Notes: generated by a model from the sequence alone, not told the origin. Counted from the first letter of the stretch, positions 51,511-60,270 are shown. The stretch: DNA of 64,000 nt from Pedosphaera sp. (GCA_009695205.1 SIBK01000010.1:9670-73669); one strand, 5' to 3'. A program made the numbers and translations.

Positions 51511-52455
51511 TCAATTCCCGCAGCCTTTGCTGTAGCGCCACCCCCTCAAACCCACCGGCAACTTGAAGACGGCCTCCTTGGCCGCGACCGTCACGTATAG
51601 ATCTCCATTAAAAAAATGCACGTTCGTCGCCAGTTTGCCTCCCGCGTCGTAGGTCGCCAGGATCCTGCCGCTGGGGACCTCAATGACGTGAATGACGCCC
51701 CCGGTCCAGGTGCCGAGATAGAGTCGCCCCGCGTCGTCGAAGACGAATCCGTCGGGGACTTCGTCCTTACCTGGGAGTGTTAGCAGGCCGCGTGGATTCG
51801 ATCCCTTGCCGTCGACCATATCCAGGATCATGAGCTGCTTCGTGTCCGAGTCGGCCGTGATCAGGTGCTTGCCGTCCGGAGTCAGGCCGATGCCATTGGA
51901 GCCAATCGGCTCGGGGTTCAGCTTGTCGACCGTGCCGCCGTCTCTATTCCATCGGTAGACGTTTTTCTGCCCCGGATTCGAGAAGTAGATATTGCCGTGA
52001 GGGTCGAGCGCGACGTCGTTCAGGCCTTTGAGCCGCACGCCGTTCACCTCTCGAACGAGGACCTCCACCTTTTTGCCATCCTTCGAAATTCGGATGACCT
52101 GCGACGTGCCGGTCTCCGCCGCGATGAGGTTCCCATCGTCGTCGATCTTGATGCCGTTGCAGCCCGGCTGGCGGTCGCCTTCGGCGGGCAAGTGCTTTCG
52201 CAAATCGATGAAGATGCTCGCCGAGCCGTCAGGCGTGATCTTGCCGATGGTGCCCCCTTCTCGATAGTTCACCACGTAGAGGTTGCCCTCGCGGTCGATC
52301 GCCGGTCCTTCGGCGAAGGTGAACCCGGTGCAGTAGAGCGAAGGCCGGATCGTGGAAGATTTGGGCAACGCAGCAACCTGTTTTTGAGATTGAGCCGTTC
52401 CTGGCAAAAGCCCGAGAACGAGCAGCGCCGCAAGGGCAAGTGTTGGGGTCCGCAT
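51511..52455 (-). CDS. SMP-30/gluconolactonase/LRE-family beta-propeller protein, secreted
   Basis: Signal peptide. Repeated blades with FAEGPAIDREGNLYVVN, NGIKIDDDGNL, LNDVALDPHGNIYFS, PNGIGLTPDGKHL and PDGFVFDDAGRLYLG. Confidence 0.85.
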   Translation of the reverse strand: MRTPTLALAALLVLGLLPGTAQSQKQVAALPKSSTIRPSLYCTGFTFAEGPAIDREGNLYVVNYREGGTIGKITPDGSASIFIDLRKHLPAEGDRQPGCNGIKIDDDGNLIAAETGTSQVIRISKDGKKVEVLVREVNGVRLKGLNDVALDPHGNIYFSNPGQKNVYRWNRDGGTVDKLNPEPIGSNGIGLTPDGKHLITADSDTKQLMILDMVDGKGSNPRGLLTLPGKDEVPDGFVFDDAGRLYLGTWTGGVIHVIEVPSGRILATYDAGGKLATNVHFFNGDLYVTVAAKEAVFKLPVGLRGWRYSKGCGN

Positions 52456-52466
52456 AATAGTGAATA

Positions 52467-52501
52467 ATTGATAGGAATTTCCTTTGACGCTCCGCGATTA
52501 G
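52467..52501 (-). repeat. 35-bp repeat, copy 1 (11 nt upstream of the SMP-30-like ATG)
   Basis: Plus strand reads ATTGATAGGAATTTCCTTTGACGCTCCGCGATTAG, identical to copy 2. Confidence 0.9.
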
Positions 52502-54244
52502 GCGCGATTTGGTGATCTCCAAGGCCTCCCAGGTCATTGACTCCGCTTCTGACAGCCGGTTTTGTTCCGCCAAAGCGGCGGCAAGGTTTGTGAGCTTCGC
52601 CACGACTTCAAGATTTACCCCGCCAAAGATTCGTTTGCTCATCGCCAATGCCTGGGTAAACAAAGCTTCCGCCTCGATGAATTTGCCCTGAGCCATCCGC
52701 AGCGCGCCCAGGTGGTTGAGCGCGGTCGCTACATTCGGATGTTCCTCCGAAAAGGACTTCTTTACGGCGTCGAGTTCCTCACACAACAGGGTTTCAGCCT
52801 CGGCCAGCTTTCCCCGCTTCAGCAGAATACTGGACAGGCTGTTGGGAGACCCGGTGTGGTTCGGCTGCTGTCCTCCCTTCCATTCTTTTTCCATGGCGGT
52901 TGCCTGTCGTGCCAGCGATTCTGCTTCAGCGAGATTGCCTTGTTCCATCAGGACGAGGGCCAGATTGTCGAGACAGTGGGCGATCTCCTCGTGTGGTGGT
53001 TGGAGGAGTTTTTTTTTGCAAGGCCAGGGCCTGGCGAAGCAAGGCTTCGGCCTCCTTCAGCTTGCCTTGCTCAGTGAGCAGTTCCGCGACGAGATTTTGC
53101 GCGCGGGCAACGTGCGGGTGCTCAGGACCATGAAGCCTGGTCTCAATCGCCAGCGCCTCGCGAAACATGCGCTCTGCCTGGCTGTGCTCACCCAGATCGC
53201 GATAGACGACACCAATCGTGCTGAGCAGATGTGCTTCGGCTCGGGGTTGGTGTTTCAACTCCTTCTCGACCCGCGTTGCGGCCTTGTCCACCAACTCGCG
53301 CAACAAAGCCGTGTCGCGTCCAAGCGCAATCGAAGGTCGCACCCCCTCCAGCAGTTCCTGCCAAAACAGGGCAACCTCACGGTTTGCCGTTCCTTCCAAC
53401 ACAGCCGCCCGCTCTGCCCAAGTGGCCCGCACGGCCTGCCATGTCGTCGCCATCAATCCCAGCAACAACAAGCCGATCATGCCGGTGGCCACGGTGAGTG
53501 CGGTGCGGTGGCGGCGAACGAATTTTCCCGTTCGATAGACTGCGCTGGGCGCGGCGGCCAGGACCGGCTCGCTGTTCAGGTGCCGCCGAATGTCCGTGGC
53601 GAGATCGTTGGCCGTCTCGTAACGGCGGCTGCGGTCCTTTTCGAAACACTTCATCACGATCCAGTCGAGGTCCTTGTCGATTTCGGATTTTAGATTTCCG
53701 ATTTCCGATTTGCCCGAACCGGTTGCACGGGTCGCCAACCGCTCCCGCGTGAGGCGCGTGCTGGGCTTGAGCGGCTCGACCTCGCAGATCACCCGGCGCA
53801 GTTCGTCGAGGCCGGCCGCGAGGAGTTCCTGCGCGTCGAAGGGGTCTTGCCGGTCAGCAACTCGTAGAGCAGCACACCCAGGCTGTAGATGTCGCTGCGG
53901 GTGTCGATGTCCAGGTTCGTGAATTCCGCCTGTTCAGGACTCATGTAGGCGGGCGTGCCGAGGAATTGGGCGAAGCGGGTGAAAATCGTATTGTCCGTCA
54001 GTTGCTGGTCGGTGGCTTTGGCGATGCCGAAGTCAATGACCTTGGGCACCGGCACGCCGTCATTGACGGTGACGAGCACATTGGAAGGTTTGAGGTCGCG
54101 ATGGGCCAACAGGGACTCGACTTCGCGCCGCAAGGCTTCGTCGCCGGCGCACCTGTCGTCCAGGTAAGCAGCGCGCCGGGCGGCGTCAGGGAGGCCGGCG
54201 GCTTCGGCAAACGGGGCTTCCACCCGTTGCGGATCGGCACTCAT
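52502..54244 (-). pseudogene. Ser/Thr protein kinase with TPR C-terminal region, decayed
   Basis: The N-terminal ..[12 protein letters not shown] runs directly into [11 protein letters not shown], so the kinase N-lobe is missing (junction about 54103). DFG and GTPAYMSPE are present. Frameshift at the C4 run 53841-53844 (GKTP|FDAQELL) and at the A9 run 53009-53017 (LQKK|LLQPPHEE). TPR repeats are cut off at the 35-bp repeat. Confidence 0.75.
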
Positions 54245-54452
54245 GGCTGGGTTCTTCGTTTGTCGCCTTGTTCGTTCAGTTCATTGGCCGGCGCGGTCTC
54301 CCAGGCCGCTGCCGCCGCCGGCGCCGTGGATGGGTTGGCTTCGTGCGTCATTGCCGTGCCTCGTTGAGGATTCATTCGCCGGCCACGATATTTGTCAACA
54401 TTCAGGTTCAATCACCGTCCGCCATTGTTCGGCAGGCCTTTCAGACCTACGC

Positions 54453-57400
54453 TTACCAATCCTTCGGTGGGCATTTGATGGGGTTCGACACGGTGCCCCC
54501 CGGATTCACCAATTGCTGGCAGATGCCGACCCGAAGAACCTGCCAATCATTGTAGTTGAGGAGGTTGAAGTCCTGGATGCCGTCGGCCTTGGGACGCATC
54601 CAGACAGCCCCCAAGCCGGTGTCCGTTGGCATGCCGGTCGTCACGGCGCGCAGGTTCGTGTCCACACCCTCCTCGTAGAGAAGGTCAACGCCGGCAGCGA
54701 CCGCCCACACATTGTCAAAGGGTCCTTCCAAGCCGACCTTCTCAGCTTTCGTCACCGAACCATCCGCGTTCCTGATGACTTTCACGTAAGACATCATCCA
54801 CTGCATCATCCAGGAGCCGTCGGCGACGTAAAGCAGGTAGAAGCGCCCCGGAAACTCAGAGGAGTGATGCGTCGGGACCCAAGCCATTGCCGGCCGCGCT
54901 CGAATGGGTCCCGGGCGCCTTTCCAGTACGGCCGTCTTCTCCCAGCGACCCGTCCCGTTGTTCCACCACCAGATGTCCAGCCTGCCATCGACCGCGGAGG
55001 CGAAGGCCCCATAGAGTGCTGGGATCCCCGGCTTGTAGGGCAAGTAGGCCCGGGCAATCGTCGGCGAAGCGTTTGCAGCGAGCGTGACTTCAACACCCGT
55101 CGAACTGACCTGCACAGCATCGCCTTCCCATCCCCATGAATTCCAGATTCCGGTCCGATTCATTCGTAGTTTGCCATCCGTCCCTTTGAAGGCAAGATGG
55201 GCCGAGCTGGCGTCAAGGCGGACGAGCGAGGGTTCTCCTGAAGCTGCCGCGCCGGAGGCAATGACGGCAGGGATGGTCCAGCTCTCCAGCGTGATGAACC
55301 CGGCGTTAAGCAGAGATAGCCGTACATCGCGGAGGACGCCGGTTGCGGAGGTGCCCACGAGCAGGATCCGGCTCTGACTTCCGCTGCCGATCGGGATCGC
55401 GTCGAGCCCCTGCGTGGCATCGAGCGCGAGCCTGCCCCTCCCGCTAACGGTGCCGCATGGCGTGATGTCGGGTACTGGGCAATTGAAGGAGGAGGTCGAC
55501 CACGTATACCAAACAGAATCGTTGCTCGCCCAGAAGACGTATGTCCGGTTACCAAGTCGGGCGATGGCGGGGCTCTTGCCGCTGGTCCCGCCTATCTCGA
55601 CGGCATTGTACCGTGTCCATTCGCAGCCGCCGCCGCCTGGTCTATAGTTCGCATACGCACGCACGGTCGTTCCGGCCGGGGCGAAAACACCATCGCGGTT
55701 CCAGTCGACATGGCCTGAGGTCTCGTCCACGTAGTAGAGGAACTCTTTCTGCAAGAGTTCGAGGTAGCTCGTGTTGCTCGGCGGCACCGCCTCCCACTCT
55801 GTCAGCGCGGTGTTGTTCAACACACCTGTGTCGAGCCCGTCGCTGAACCCGATCTGATCCGGCGCCGACTGGTACGCGTAGTTCATTAACGATTGATAAT
55901 TCGGTTTGCAGTTGGGATCGGCGACGCCCGTTATGCCACTCGGGCCCGAATGGCCCAGGCCGTTGGCGTGACCCGACTCGTGGGCGAGCACCCACGGCTC
56001 GTTGAGGCCGGCGGAGAAGGAGAAGTAATTCTCCGTGTTGCTGCCACCGCCAGATGCGGGCGCCGGCGAGTGGCGGAAGATGCCGCGACGTGCCGGCGAG
56101 AGGTGCGTCCTCCACACGTCGTGATAATCCACCCCGCCCCAGTCACCTTCGGCGTTCGTTACTGGCGGGATAACGTTGTGGCCGCCCCAGTCGCCGAAGA
56201 TCGTCGCGTCCGCGGGGTCCGTCGGGACGACGCCGATATCGAGGTGCGCCCGGATACCGGGCTTGCCGTCCGGGTTTCTCAGGACCGCCGCACGGTAAGC
56301 CTGCCGAAACGGGCTCGCCGTGCCGATTTGGTCGCCGTAGTAGGCCGCGAACTTGCGGGCGTTGGCAGCGGTCATCTTGACCTCGGCCTCGCCCGGTGAG
56401 CGCTGCATGAAATCGAACTCAACAAACAGATCTTTGTGGCGCGGGTTAGCGCCCCAGAGCGGCAGCGCTTGGTGCGGCCACATGTCGCGGCGGCCAAGTA
56501 CTTCCCAACCGTCGGAGATGCCATCCCCGTCGGTGTCGCGAGGGTCGGTGGCCAGCCTACAGTTGAAGGGGACGCCGTCTGGACCCGTGGCAAACCCTGT
56601 AAGGCTGTCGCAAGTACCGAGTTGGATCTCCAGTTCGTGGCCAAGTCCATCGTGGTCGGGGTCGTGTCCTGCCAGCCCGACATCGTTCCTGATGAAGCGA
56701 GCGGCACCCGGCACGGCCCAGCGGTTCACTCCGACGACGGCCGTGCGGTTGCCGAGCGTTCCCGCCAGCGCAAGCGCCGCCGCGCCAGTGGTGCCATTGC
56801 CGTAACCACGCAGCTCGATTCCAACGCCGTCCGACTTGAGCACGAAGAGGAGATGAGTGCCCTGCGCGCCGTTAGGCACTTTGACCGTCTCAAGCGTCTC
56901 GTTCGCGCGAAGTTGCGGCAATGATACTTGCGAGCCGGCGAACGCTACACCGGTCTGCCAGACCGTGCCGTCCTTGGTGAGATTGCAGCTGCCCGCCGTC
57001 GTATTCGAGCGAGCGCGTACAACCACGCGGTAGTTGCCACTCGTTGAGGGAGTATACGTGAGCCACGCGGCAGAGCCCGGCCCACTGTTGTCGTCGACAG
57101 CAACTTCATAGCCGTTCACGTCGAGAAGATGCATCACTGGATCGGATCCGGGTGAGAGGTCGGTGGTGCGGAACGTAACCAGGCGATTCGCGGGGAGATC
57201 AAGGGTGTAATCACTGATGACGCCCATGTTCACCTCGAAGACCATCGGCACGGCGAGGGCGTACACTGTCGGCCCGCCGGTATAGTTGGCGTGGAGCCGG
57301 AAGAACTGGTGCGGCAGGTCCAACCGCGGCGCGTCGTAGCACAGGCGGCGCGGGTCCGCGCAAGGCATGGGCACCACCGGCAGCGGCATCCAATCGATCA

Positions 57401-58190
57401 AGTTGGTGGAGACTTCCACTGTGAGAGTTACCAGGCCCGACCGCCAAAAGGGCAGATTGGCCAACGGATCGACCGCCAGGCGCACGGTTTGATCTTCCAG
57501 CCGAATCTGAGCGATCTGCACATGCCCGGGGATCTGGTTGGTCGGCTCCTGCAGGATCGCCATCGCGCTGATGGTCGCGTTCTCCGGCGGGTTGCCTGGG
57601 CCGCGATCCTGGATGGTGATGTTCAGGATGCTATCGGCCACTAGCACGTTTGTAAAGATGACTTGCGTGGCCTTGAAGGCGGTTCCCAAGCCGTCGTTCG
57701 GCAGGCCGCGTGCGGCATCGGCCGGGTTGTAGTCGTTCCGGAGACGGCCTTCGACTTCGACGTTGAAGACCCGCGCGCTGCCGACGGGGCCGTTGCCGCC
57801 GAGATTTGAGTTCACGCACGCCGCGCAGTTCTCGGAGAAATAGAGGATGACAGTGTGCGGGCCGTTGAGCACTGGAATCTCATAGCGGAGGTCGCCGTCC
57901 TTCCAGCGCTGGTGGAGCAACACCTCATTGGGAATGCTCCGATCGCTCAACAGCGAGGCGTCCACGACATTCGTCGGCTGGAACGTAGCGATGCTGGTGT
58001 TAGACGAGACGAGGAAGCTTTTGTCCGGTTCCCACGACCGGCCCACGCTGTCCGTCACGCCGTTGGTGCCGCCGCAGTTGAGGTAGAGAGCGCCGCTCAC
58101 CGTGGTGGCGGTCAGCGTGAGTAGTAGTAAAGGGACCGCGCTGGCCACGGTCTTCGCTCGGTCCCAGGTTCGAGTTTCTCTTGGCTTCAT
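54453..58190 (-). CDS. secreted multidomain metzincin-type zinc metalloprotease with N-terminal malectin-like domain
   Basis: Signal peptide. Malectin-like LNCGGTNGVTDSVGRSWEPDKSF. TSP3-like Ca-binding DPRDTDGDGISDGWE. Extended zinc motif HESGHANGLGH (HExxHxxGxxH). Long C-terminal beta-rich region. Confidence 0.8.
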   Translation of the reverse strand: MKPRETRTWDRAKTVASAVPLLLLTLTATTVSGALYLNCGGTNGVTDSVGRSWEPDKSFLVSSNTSIATFQPTNVVDASLLSDRSIPNEVLLHQRWKDGDLRYEIPVLNGPHTVILYFSENCAACVNSNLGGNGPVGSARVFNVEVEGRLRNDYNPADAARGLPNDGLGTAFKATQVIFTNVLVADSILNITIQDRGPGNPPENATISAMAILQEPTNQIPGHVQIAQIRLEDQTVRLAVDPLANLPFWRSGLVTLTVEVSTNLIDWMPLPVVPMPCADPRRLCYDAPRLDLPHQFFRLHANYTGGPTVYALAVPMVFEVNMGVISDYTLDLPANRLVTFRTTDLSPGSDPVMHLLDVNGYEVAVDDNSGPGSAAWLTYTPSTSGNYRVVVRARSNTTAGSCNLTKDGTVWQTGVAFAGSQVSLPQLRANETLETVKVPNGAQGTHLLFVLKSDGVGIELRGYGNGTTGAAALALAGTLGNRTAVVGVNRWAVPGAARFIRNDVGLAGHDPDHDGLGHELEIQLGTCDSLTGFATGPDGVPFNCRLATDPRDTDGDGISDGWEVLGRRDMWPHQALPLWGANPRHKDLFVEFDFMQRSPGEAEVKMTAANARKFAAYYGDQIGTASPFRQAYRAAVLRNPDGKPGIRAHLDIGVVPTDPADATIFGDWGGHNVIPPVTNAEGDWGGVDYHDVWRTHLSPARRGIFRHSPAPASGGGSNTENYFSFSAGLNEPWVLAHESGHANGLGHSGPSGITGVADPNCKPNYQSLMNYAYQSAPDQIGFSDGLDTGVLNNTALTEWEAVPPSNTSYLELLQKEFLYYVDETSGHVDWNRDGVFAPAGTTVRAYANYRPGGGGCEWTRYNAVEIGGTSGKSPAIARLGNRTYVFWASNDSVWYTWSTSSFNCPVPDITPCGTVSGRGRLALDATQGLDAIPIGSGSQSRILLVGTSATGVLRDVRLSLLNAGFITLESWTIPAVIASGAAASGEPSLVRLDASSAHLAFKGTDGKLRMNRTGIWNSWGWEGDAVQVSSTGVEVTLAANASPTIARAYLPYKPGIPALYGAFASAVDGRLDIWWWNNGTGRWEKTAVLERRPGPIRARPAMAWVPTHHSSEFPGRFYLLYVADGSWMMQWMMSYVKVIRNADGSVTKAEKVGLEGPFDNVWAVAAGVDLLYEEGVDTNLRAVTTGMPTDTGLGAVWMRPKADGIQDFNLLNYNDWQVLRVGICQQLVNPGGTVSNPIKCPPKDW

Positions 58191-58244
58191 AACAATGCTC
58201 CATTCTATTCGATCTGTGTTGAGATTTCGGCTTGCGCAACCTTT

Positions 58245-60065
58245 CTAATTATCTTCATTGATAGGAATTTCCTTTGACGCTCCGCGATTAGCGCGGTCGT
58301 AGGCGCACACGCGTGTCAGCCTGGAGCGTGGTTCGCTCACCTTTTCCCACGACGCTGATGTCTTGTTGGCGCCCGCTTCAAGCACGACGACAGGTACACC
58401 CGCACCTTTGCACTCGATGTAGAGCGGCAGCTGAACCGTCGCTTCGTTCATCGGTGCAAGCGCCGTGACGGCTGCAACGATCAGTGCGCCGCGTACCATG
58501 CCCGAATCGTAACGCGTGCCCCTCGCTTGCGGGAGGCGTTGCGGGAGGATAGGTAATTCAAGGCACGATTTCCTTGTCCGAGAACGTCCATTCTGTCCAC
58601 TACGCGGCGCTACCCCTATACTCTCTGGCTCCCCGTCGGCACAGGCGAGTAACGAAGTGCCATGCTGCTCCCGGCGGGGCGTCAGCGCGTTGGATCTACT
58701 ATCCGTCTGGTTCGCGTCCCCGTCACCCCGCGCAGAAAACAGCTTCCACTCTCCCGGGATGCCCTTCAGCTCGTGCATCCCCCGGTCCTGAAAATCGATC
58801 CCGGACCCGGCCGCGAGGTCCTTCACTGTGCCGGAAACCAGCACCTCGCCTGGGTCCGCTTTGGCCATGATCCGCGCGCCCGTGTGCACAGCGATGCCGC
58901 CCACGTTGTCGCCCATCAACACGCATTCCCCCGTGTGCACCCCCGCGCGCACTTCGATGCCAAGCTGCCGGACCGCCCCCGCGATCGCCAGTGCGCAACG
59001 CACCGCGCGCGCCGGGCCATCAAACGTTGCGAGAAATCCATCGCCCGCCGTGTTGGTCTCCTTCCCGCGGAAGCGCGCCAGTTCCTTGCGCACGATCGCG
59101 TAATACGAGTTCAGGAGATTGCTCCACGCGGAGTCGCCAAGCTGCACGGCGCGCTTGGTGGACGACGCGATGTCGAGAAAGAGCACGGTGGCCAGGATGC
59201 GATCGGAGGAATCGATCGGCCGCTCGCCGGTGATGAATTCCTGGATGTCGGAGAGAATCGTGTCCATGTCGTCGAGCATCGGCGAGTGGCTATTGCCGGG
59301 ATACTCGTTGAACTTCGCACCCGGAATGCGCGAAGCCATGTCGCGCGCGGCTCCGCAGATGACGCAGGGGTCGCCGGTGCGGTTCATCACCAGAGTGGGC
59401 GTCTGGATCGACGGGAGAATGGACCGGGTGTCGATCTGCCCGTTCATCGTCTCGTAGGCCCGGACGGCCGACGGGCTCGCGGCCGCCCGCATGTAGCGGG
59501 TGACCGATTCAATGAACGCGGGATCGGCGTCCCGGCCCACGCCGGCGCCAAATCCGGTGACGTAATCAAAGGAAGGCCAGTCGTCCTGAATCGAGGCTAG
59601 CATCTGATCGTGTTCTTCGCGGGTCTGACCCCACGGATGGTCGGGAGAATTGATCCAGCGGGCTTGGGCGCCCCAAATTATCAGCGAGATCACACGCTCC
59701 GGATGGGTGGCGGCAAAGAGGCATGCCATCGAGCCGCCCTCAGAGAAACCGATCAAGTGGGCGCGCTCGAGACCGAGATCGTCCATCACCGCACGAATGT
59801 CGTCGGTGCGCTCCTCGAGCGTGGCCATTTTCACCGGCCGATCAGACAGGCCCGTGCCGCGTTTGTCGAAACGAATGAGCCGGCAGAATTTTCCGAATCG
59901 CTCAAAGAACAGCGCGCGCCGAGGCATCTCCCAGTCCATGTCCAGGTGCGACATCGTGCCCGGCGCCCAGACCACGTCGACGGAACCTTCCCCCGTGACC
60001 TGGTAGGCGATGAGCACGTCGCCGCTGCGGGCGTATTTTGTTTTCGGCAGGGCCATGAGAGACAT
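58245..60065 (-). CDS. alpha/beta-hydrolase - class III adenylate/guanylate cyclase fusion protein (with an anomalous C-terminal tail)
   Basis: N-terminal hydrolase fold (FDKRGTGLSDR, GFSEGG nucleophile elbow). Cyclase domain (ATVLFLDIASST..TAGDGFLATF..VHTGE..GIAVHTGARI). The last ~155 codons lie beyond the cyclase domain and run through repeat copies and a hydrolase remnant. Confidence 0.8.
   Translation of the reverse strand: MSLMALPKTKYARSGDVLIAYQVTGEGSVDVVWAPGTMSHLDMDWEMPRRALFFERFGKFCRLIRFDKRGTGLSDRPVKMATLEERTDDIRAVMDDLGLERAHLIGFSEGGSMACLFAATHPERVISLIIWGAQARWINSPDHPWGQTREEHDQMLASIQDDWPSFDYVTGFGAGVGRDADPAFIESVTRYMRAAASPSAVRAYETMNGQIDTRSILPSIQTPTLVMNRTGDPCVICGAARDMASRIPGAKFNEYPGNSHSPMLDDMDTILSDIQEFITGERPIDSSDRILATVLFLDIASSTKRAVQLGDSAWSNLLNSYYAIVRKELARFRGKETNTAGDGFLATFDGPARAVRCALAIAGAVRQLGIEVRAGVHTGECVLMGDNVGGIAVHTGARIMAKADPGEVLVSGTVKDLAAGSGIDFQDRGMHELKGIPGEWKLFSARGDGDANQTDSRSNALTPRREQHGTSLLACADGEPESIGVAPRSGQNGRSRTRKSCLELPILPQRLPQARGTRYDSGMVRGALIVAAVTALAPMNEATVQLPLYIECKGAGVPVVVLEAGANKTSASWEKVSEPRSRLTRVCAYDRANRGASKEIPINEDN
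58257..58291 (-). repeat. 35-bp repeat, copy 2 (66 nt upstream of the metzincin ATG)
   Basis: Identical to copy 1. Coordinates cross-checked against the ORF 58245..60065 translation (..ANRGASKEIPIN..). Confidence 0.9.
58541..58606 (-). repeat. 66-bp repeat, copy A (41 nt upstream of the remnant hydrolase ATG at 58499)
   Basis: 58 of 66 positions identical to copy B by manual alignment. A tandem TTGCGGGAGG x2 lies at 58526-58548. Confidence 0.85.
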
Positions 60066-60089
60066 TACGCGCTACTCCAGGAATCGCAC

Positions 60090-60155
60090 GCGGGAGGATA
60101 GGTAATTCAAGGCTGCGTTTCGTTGTCCGAGAACGCCCATTCTAACCACTACGCG
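60090..60155 (-). repeat. 66-bp repeat, copy B (24 nt upstream of the hydrolase-cyclase ATG at 60065)
   Basis: GCGGGAGGATAGGTAATTCAAGGC..TTGTCCGAGAACG.CCATTCT..CCACTACGCG. Directly adjoins 35-bp copy 3. Confidence 0.85.
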
Positions 60156-60190
60156 ATTGATAGGATTTTCCTTTGACGCTCCGCGATTAG
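60156..60190 (-). repeat. 35-bp repeat, copy 3 (90 nt upstream of the hydrolase-cyclase ATG)
   Basis: ATTGATAGGATTTTCCTTTGACGCTCCGCGATTAG; one mismatch to copies 1 and 2. Confidence 0.9.
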
Positions 60191-60270
60191 TATCATCCTC
60201 CACAGCCTCACCACAAGGATTTTGTGGAGTTGTTCGCCAGATTCCGCAGGTGGCAAGAGAACAGGCTGTT

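Noticed and set aside
53681-53715. Short tandem repeat (GATTTCC GATTTCC GATTT) encoding KSEIGNLKSEI inside the kinase pseudogene
   Set aside because: Only about 2.5 short units inside an already decayed gene; most likely local slippage without separate significance.
54370-54398. Sigma70-like promoter TTGACA-N17-ATGAAT (minus strand) upstream of the kinase pseudogene
   Set aside because: The -35 box is perfect but the -10 box matches only 3 of 6. The promoter consensus for this phylum is unknown to me, so support is insufficient to call a feature.
60090-60190. The 101-nt repeat unit as a tRNA, tmRNA or other known RNA gene (it contains a D-loop-like GTAGTGGTTAGAAT)
   Set aside because: The D-loop-like string is at the wrong distance from any acceptor-like stem. 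There is no T-loop (GTTCRA) and no cloverleaf can be drawn. It is kept only as an unexplained repeat.
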